A DNA stretch of 39,285 nt from Promethearchaeota archaeon (lineage in GTDB: Archaea > Asgardarchaeota > Lokiarchaeia > Sigyniarchaeales > SOKP01). Below, in pieces: positions 34,745-39,285 of the stretch. Numbering within the stretch: position 1 is the stretch's first letter; each line of letters starts with the position of its first letter. The translations under genes and the position numbers were made by a program. The DNA lies in contig RDOE01000027.1 of the NCBI GenBank assembly GCA_011364975.1, positions 1 through 39,285 of the forward strand, in the 5' to 3' direction. Under the pieces are notes generated by a model. It was not told the origin of the DNA. It worked only from the letters and a program-made list of their open reading frames with translations, and ran no database searches.

Positions 34745-36487
34745 ATGTCTAAACAATTATCAAATGGTGGCGACTTACTTGTTAAATGCCTTCTCAATGA
34801 AGGAATTACTAAAATGTTTGGGATTATCGGTGGTGAATTAACAAGAATTTACGATGCTGTTGAAAGATTTGGTCGTGAAGAAGGGATAGATACTGTAATG
34901 GTTCGTCACGAACAGGCTGGAGCACATATGGCTGATGCTTGGGCACGAGTTACAGGTAAGATAGGAGTCTGTCTTGGTACCGCAGGACCTGGTGTTACCC
35001 ATCTTGTACCTGCAGTAGCTGCTGCTCAAGCAGATTCTATACCGATGTTAGTTATTGGAGCCCAAATAGCAAGAATGTTTGATGACACCGGGATTTTACA
35101 AGGTGGATTAAATCAAATGGACTTAATGAAGCCTATCACTAAATTACAAATTTCTGTTGAAGAAGTATATGAAATCCCTTTTGCCGTACAGAGATGTATA
35201 AAAACTGCTTTATCCGGGAAGCCAGGCCCAGTTTTTCTAGAATTAAGGGAAACGGCGTTAGTTCGAGACGCAAAAGAAAGTGATTTCAAGAAGATAATAC
35301 CCCCTCAAAAGTATCGACCAATTTATCGTCCTAGCGGGAACTCTGAAACGATTGAAGCTGCCATTGAACTGTTAAAAACAGCTAAGCAACCTATAATTAT
35401 TTCAGGTGGAGGAACTATCGCTTCTGAAGCTTCGAATGAACTGAAAAAGTTATCCAGAACCTATAATATCCCAGCATTAACAACTGTTAAAGGTCTTGGG
35501 GCAATATCAACTGATGAGAAAACATATGCTGGATCATATCCATTTTCAAGTACATTTCGAAAGGCTGCAGCTGAGGCGGATGTCATCTTATCTTTAGGAT
35601 GTCGTTGGGACTATACTACTTTTTATGGTACTGATCCGGTTTGGAATCAAGATCAAAAAGTAATACAAGTTGACATTGATCCAGCGGAAATTGGTAAAAA
35701 TAGACCGGCAGAGATTGCTATTATTGGCGACGTAAAAGCCGTTTTAATCCAATTATTAATTAGTATGGAAAAGAATCTTCCAAAAAACCTTGTTAGTAAA
35801 TGGTCTCAGTGGAATGATTATCTTCAAAAAGCAAACGAAATTGATAAAGATATAATCAAAAAAATTTTTAGTTCAGATAAAGTTCCCATGAAACCAGAAC
35901 GCATGATTGTAGAGATTTTAGATTATATTACTCCAGATACCCTTTTAGTTATAGATGGTGGCGATATTGCCATATTTACTTTTGGATTGATATCAAATTA
36001 TTATCGTAATCCCCGAAGTACCTTCTGTTCCATTGGAATGGGCCATCTAGGGGTAGGATCTAGTTATTCTATTGCTGCTAAATTAGCAAAGCAAGATAAA
36101 CCAGTCGTATGTATAAATGGAGATGGGTCTTTCATGTTTAATGTTCAAGAGCTTGAAACCGCGGTGCGATTATGCCTCCCGATCGTAATTTGTGTTGGAA
36201 ATAACAGTGCATGGGGGATGTTAAAAACCAATCAGAAAAATAGCATGAAGAAGCGATACTGCGATGTGGATTTACCTAATATTGATTATTCTAAAATTGC
36301 AAAAAGTTTTGGATGTTATGGTGAAAAAATAGAAAAACCTGAAGATATAAAACCTGCATTAAAACGTGCGTTTGACTCTGGTCTTCCAAGTGTTCTTGAT
36401 ATATCAATCGCTTTTGAATCGCCACCTGCTGGGAAGTTTTTAGCAACATATAAAGCCAGTAAAGGGTTATTTGGAACAGGATATTAA
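34745..36487 (+). CDS. Thiamine diphosphate-dependent enzyme (acetolactate synthase/2-hydroxyacyl-CoA lyase-like)
   Basis: VRHEQAGAHMADAWAR, TAGPG, GKPGPVFLE, IQVDIDP.EIG, ThDP motif GDGSF...NNSAWGM. Confidence 0.92.
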   Translation: MSKQLSNGGDLLVKCLLNEGITKMFGIIGGELTRIYDAVERFGREEGIDTVMVRHEQAGAHMADAWARVTGKIGVCLGTAGPGVTHLVPAVAAAQADSIPMLVIGAQIARMFDDTGILQGGLNQMDLMKPITKLQISVEEVYEIPFAVQRCIKTALSGKPGPVFLELRETALVRDAKESDFKKIIPPQKYRPIYRPSGNSETIEAAIELLKTAKQPIIISGGGTIASEASNELKKLSRTYNIPALTTVKGLGAISTDEKTYAGSYPFSSTFRKAAAEADVILSLGCRWDYTTFYGTDPVWNQDQKVIQVDIDPAEIGKNRPAEIAIIGDVKAVLIQLLISMEKNLPKNLVSKWSQWNDYLQKANEIDKDIIKKIFSSDKVPMKPERMIVEILDYITPDTLLVIDGGDIAIFTFGLISNYYRNPRSTFCSIGMGHLGVGSSYSIAAKLAKQDKPVVCINGDGSFMFNVQELETAVRLCLPIVICVGNNSAWGMLKTNQKNSMKKRYCDVDLPNIDYSKIAKSFGCYGEKIEKPEDIKPALKRAFDSGLPSVLDISIAFESPPAGKFLATYKASKGLFGTGY

Positions 36488-36532
36488 TCAAATTTTATCT
36501 AAAACTTGTACCAAAATAGAAGGGAAACAAAA

Positions 36533-37330
36533 ATGGAAAATGAAAGATTTTTAGAGGGTAAAGTAGCTCTTATCACTGGAGCAGGAAGTGGGTTTGGCCG
36601 TGAAATGGCGATCAGTTTTGCTAGTAAAGGTGCGAATCTAATATTAAATGATATCAACCTCGAGAGTATTGAAGAAACTCGCGAAATAATTTTGAAATCG
36701 AATAAAGTAGATATACTCCTTGAACAAGCCGACATTTCTAATGAAGAACAAGTAAATCTCATGAGTAAGAACGTTTTTAATAAATTTAGTAACTTATTTA
36801 TATTAGTAAATAATGCCGGAATTAGAGGAGGATCATCCAGTCTCAAAACTAAAACTCAAGATTACGATAAAGTTATGGATGTAAATGTAAAGGGCGCATG
36901 GAACGTAACAAAAGCATTTTACAAAAAAATGAGTAAGCAACCATTTAAGCCAATATCAGGAAAGATAATTAACATCACTTCATGTGCGGGTACGGAATGT
37001 GGTTTAAATCCCTTTATTGGAATGTATAGTGTTAGTAAAGCAGCTCTTATTGCTTTTACAAAACTTTGGGCTCTTGAATTAGGCCCTAGCAACATTACTG
37101 TAAACGCTATTTGTCCAGGGATTTTCATTACACCGATATACAATAATGATCCGGATTTTATTAGGGAATGGATTAAATTACGAAATATCAAACTTCCAAT
37201 TAACCAAATTGGAGAAGCTAAACAAGTCGCGGATGTCGCATTATTTTTAGCATCACCTGCATCTGATTACATTACTGGACAAAATATAATCATAGACGGT
37301 GGAATGACAATCTCAATAAATAAAATATAA
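36533..37330 (+). CDS. Short-chain dehydrogenase/reductase
   Basis: ITGAGSGFG, LVNNAG, YSVSK catalytic motif, VNAICPG, YITGQ.I..DGG. ATG at 36533 is preferred over TTG at 36506. Confidence 0.93.
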   Translation: MENERFLEGKVALITGAGSGFGREMAISFASKGANLILNDINLESIEETREIILKSNKVDILLEQADISNEEQVNLMSKNVFNKFSNLFILVNNAGIRGGSSSLKTKTQDYDKVMDVNVKGAWNVTKAFYKKMSKQPFKPISGKIINITSCAGTECGLNPFIGMYSVSKAALIAFTKLWALELGPSNITVNAICPGIFITPIYNNDPDFIREWIKLRNIKLPINQIGEAKQVADVALFLASPASDYITGQNIIIDGGMTISINKI

Positions 37331-37470
37331 ATAAGTGAATTAATTCTATTTTAAATCGGGATTTTAAAATGATTTTTCTTATTATAAAAAATCGGATTTT
37401 AAATTTGTTTTTAGAGAAATAAGACAGTACATTTAAGATCTGAATAGAATTAAAAAATCTTATAATAGAT

Positions 37471-38055
37471 CTATTTACCACGACCTTTATTAGCTCTAAT
37501 GCTTGGTCGTGTTTTTTCAGAGCCCCATCCTTTCTTTCGAAGACCTCTTGCTCTCTTTCCTGCAGAAGTCAAACCTCTGGTTACTCTATTACTATGAGGT
37601 TTTTCACAAATCCAATTAATCTTAGGATCATTTATTATAACAGGATGGTTAGGGTCTACTAAAATAACCTCATAATACCAATTTCTACCATCAGAATATA
37701 CTTTATAACTATTTAGAACTTCAAGATTGGGAAATTTTCTTTGAGCACGTTCTTCTGCGATCCATTGTAAGTTTTTACCAGTAGTATATTTAGTAACACC
37801 TAAAGCGCGCGGTTTTCTCCCTCCTGTGGGTCTTAATTTATGCATACCACCCTTTCGAACGCGAGCTCGTACAACAACATAACCTTGTTTTGCTTTATAT
37901 CCTAACTCTCTGGCTCGATGAATTTTGGTTGGATTTTCAACTCTTTGTATCGACTTTCCTTTTCTAAACTCTATTCCCCTTTTCCAATGAGGAGTTTCAT
38001 AGCCTTTTTGGTGCTTCTCAAAAGTTTCTTTTACGTAACTATATCCTGACTTCAT
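37471..38055 (-). CDS. rpl15e: 50S ribosomal protein L15e
   Basis: ARELGYKAKQGYVVVRARVRKGG, IAEERA..KFPNLEVLNSY, YEVILVDP.HP.I..D, RGLTSAGK..RGL. Confidence 0.98.
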   Translation of the reverse strand: MKSGYSYVKETFEKHQKGYETPHWKRGIEFRKGKSIQRVENPTKIHRARELGYKAKQGYVVVRARVRKGGMHKLRPTGGRKPRALGVTKYTTGKNLQWIAEERAQRKFPNLEVLNSYKVYSDGRNWYYEVILVDPNHPVIINDPKINWICEKPHSNRVTRGLTSAGKRARGLRKKGWGSEKTRPSIRANKGRGK

Positions 38056-38308
38056 GATATTCCTATGATTAAATTTTATAACTATTGAAGTAATAGAAAA
38101 TTAATTAATTTTATCATTTATTAATTTAATAGGATAAAGCAGATAAAAAGTTAAGAGATACGTTCCTCTTTTCTATACTAAATATCTTAACAAAAGAACG
38201 GAGTATTATAAAATATCTTGATATTAATTAACCAATACTTTTTTAATTTAAATTAAATTTTTAATTTTTAAAGATTAAATAAATTTAAAAATTCTAAGAT
38301 TACCTCAT

Positions 38309-38788
38309 ATGAATAAAAAACGAAAGAAGGAAGAAATAACGTTAAAAACATCTGATGTTAATGAAAAAGATGGGATAAGCATTAATTATAGTAAGGAAGA
38401 ATTAAAAGAAAAATTTCCTAATTTAATCTCAGAAATTGATCATAAAGAAAAAGTTTTAAAAATTGAAGCCGTAAATAACGAATTTGAAGAAGCTATTAAT
38501 TCTGCTAATGATTATGATTATTGCGAAGATTTAAGCAATCCTGGAGCATTAGACTTCATAAGACGATGTAAAAATAACGATGAAGCCTTAGAAGTCCTAA
38601 ATTATTTATTAAAAAGAGACGAAATTTCAAAACAAGACCATAATTTTATCGTAAAAAAGATTAATGAAGAGGACGGTTTAAAAAAATTAATTAATGCTTG
38701 TGGAGGATATAAATCACCGGGATATTATGTGAGGAAATATTATAAAAATATAAGAATTAATACTGATGATAAAACTATTCATGATTAA
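38309..38788 (+). CDS. DUF2095-like protein
   Basis: KFPNL..EI, P..LDFIRRC...EALEV.NYL.KR.EIS, K.PGYY. Confidence 0.75.
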   Translation: MNKKRKKEEITLKTSDVNEKDGISINYSKEELKEKFPNLISEIDHKEKVLKIEAVNNEFEEAINSANDYDYCEDLSNPGALDFIRRCKNNDEALEVLNYLLKRDEISKQDHNFIVKKINEEDGLKKLINACGGYKSPGYYVRKYYKNIRINTDDKTIHD

Positions 38789-38791
38789 AAT

Positions 38792-38872
38792 TTAAATTAA
38801 TGATGAACTTATGACAAATGATAAGAGCTATTGCTCATAGCAATGACGTTGTCGCCCCAATCTGAAATTTAA
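38792..38872 (+). ncRNA. Box C/D methylation-guide sRNA (D guide predicted for 23S rRNA P-loop G2251, E. coli numbering)
   Basis: Terminal stem TTAAATT/AATTTAA; C box ATGATGA 38800-38806; D' ATGA 38818-38821; C'-like ATGACGT 38843-38849; D box CTGA 38862-38865; 12-nt D guide TGTCGCCCCAAT. Confidence 0.75.
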
Positions 38873-38879
38873 GTTTTAA

Positions 38880-39134
38880 TTAAGAATTATTTTCAATTAT
38901 TTTTTTTAAGCTTAATCCTTTTTCTGTTAAGAAGTATCCTTCCTTATTTTTTGCTATTAGTTCAAAATCAATAAGCACTGGAATTCTCCCCCTAATACAT
39001 GCTAGAGGGACTCCAGAAAGAATCTCAATAGTTTCAAAATTTTTTGCCCCTTTATCTATTGCAAGTAAAATATCAATCCCCATACTTCCTAAAAGATATT
39101 TAAGATCTTTTAAAGAATTATCACTTTTATTCAT
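38880..39134 (-). CDS. Small winged-HTH protein
   Basis: IDILLAI..G..NFETI..LSGVP..CI..RI..L...ELI.....YFLTEKG wing motif. Confidence 0.8.
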   Translation of the reverse strand: MNKSDNSLKDLKYLLGSMGIDILLAIDKGAKNFETIEILSGVPLACIRGRIPVLIDFELIAKNKEGYFLTEKGLSLKKIIENNS

Positions 39135-39285
39135 ATAACATCGATTTTTTCTAATCTATCTAAAAACAGCATTAGAAAATTCTGAAATTAAAATTATTTA
39201 ATTTTTAATATAAAATAGATTAATAATATTTATACTATTTATTTTTGAAATTAATTTTAGTAAATTAAATTTTCTTAAATCGGTA

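Noticed and set aside
34745-36487. Calling the ThDP enzyme ilvB
   Set aside because: No regulatory subunit or other ilv genes are nearby, and the subfamily cannot be fixed from motifs alone.
37352-37404. Two copies of AAATCG(G)GATTTTAAA, each a small palindrome, between the convergent SDR and rpl15e genes
   Set aside because: Only two short AT-rich copies and not a CRISPR array. They may be terminator-related, but this cannot be supported.
1880-37481. Short ORF-track entries antisense to or overlapping real genes (e.g. 1880-2080, 2924-3160, 4041-4235, 4420-4641, 4708-4956, 6544-6732, 7493-7708, 8646-8846, 10405-10596, 14728-15027, 22702-22944, 26804-27049, 30473-30709, 30946-31131, 32894-33076, 34838-35029, 36291-36491, 36499-36846, 36919-37191, 37290-37481)
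   Set aside because: They are shadow frames of well-supported genes and show no recognisable motifs.
38158-38206. Imperfect inverted repeat upstream of rpl15e as a possible autoregulatory leader
   Set aside because: The pairing is interrupted and the TSS is unknown, so it cannot be distinguished from chance without comparative data.

Overview
Very AT-rich chromosomal window from an archaeon. An Asgard/Lokiarchaeia-like origin is inferred from class I LysRS, ABCE1, TFB, ArcTGT, Trm5, Rqc2, Rpp30/Pop5 and L15e, together with a roadblock/LC7 protein, an EMC6-like protein and large lineage-specific helical proteins. Most genes serve translation and tRNA metabolism, and I found no mobile element or CRISPR array. 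Several elements are missing from the ORF track. (1) A 17-codon Trp-rich leader ORF (MATLKIVTWCWQWPWRS) lies ahead of a stand-alone trpB2 and looks like a Trp-sensing attenuator in an archaeon. (2) A tRNA-Ile(GAU) carries a 30-nt BHB-like intron at the unusual 7/8 position. (3) A C/D-box guide RNA has a D guide matching the 23S P-loop Gm2251 site. (4) The roadblock gene apparently starts at ATA and is divergent from a putative longin-like/helical three-gene operon. (5) The Rpp30 C-terminus is stranded in another frame. The window also holds two adjacent metal-ligand-less pseudoenzymes (Nif3 and gamma-CA folds) and an orphan bacterial-type Flp pilin. All calls come from motif reading by eye; no searches were run.
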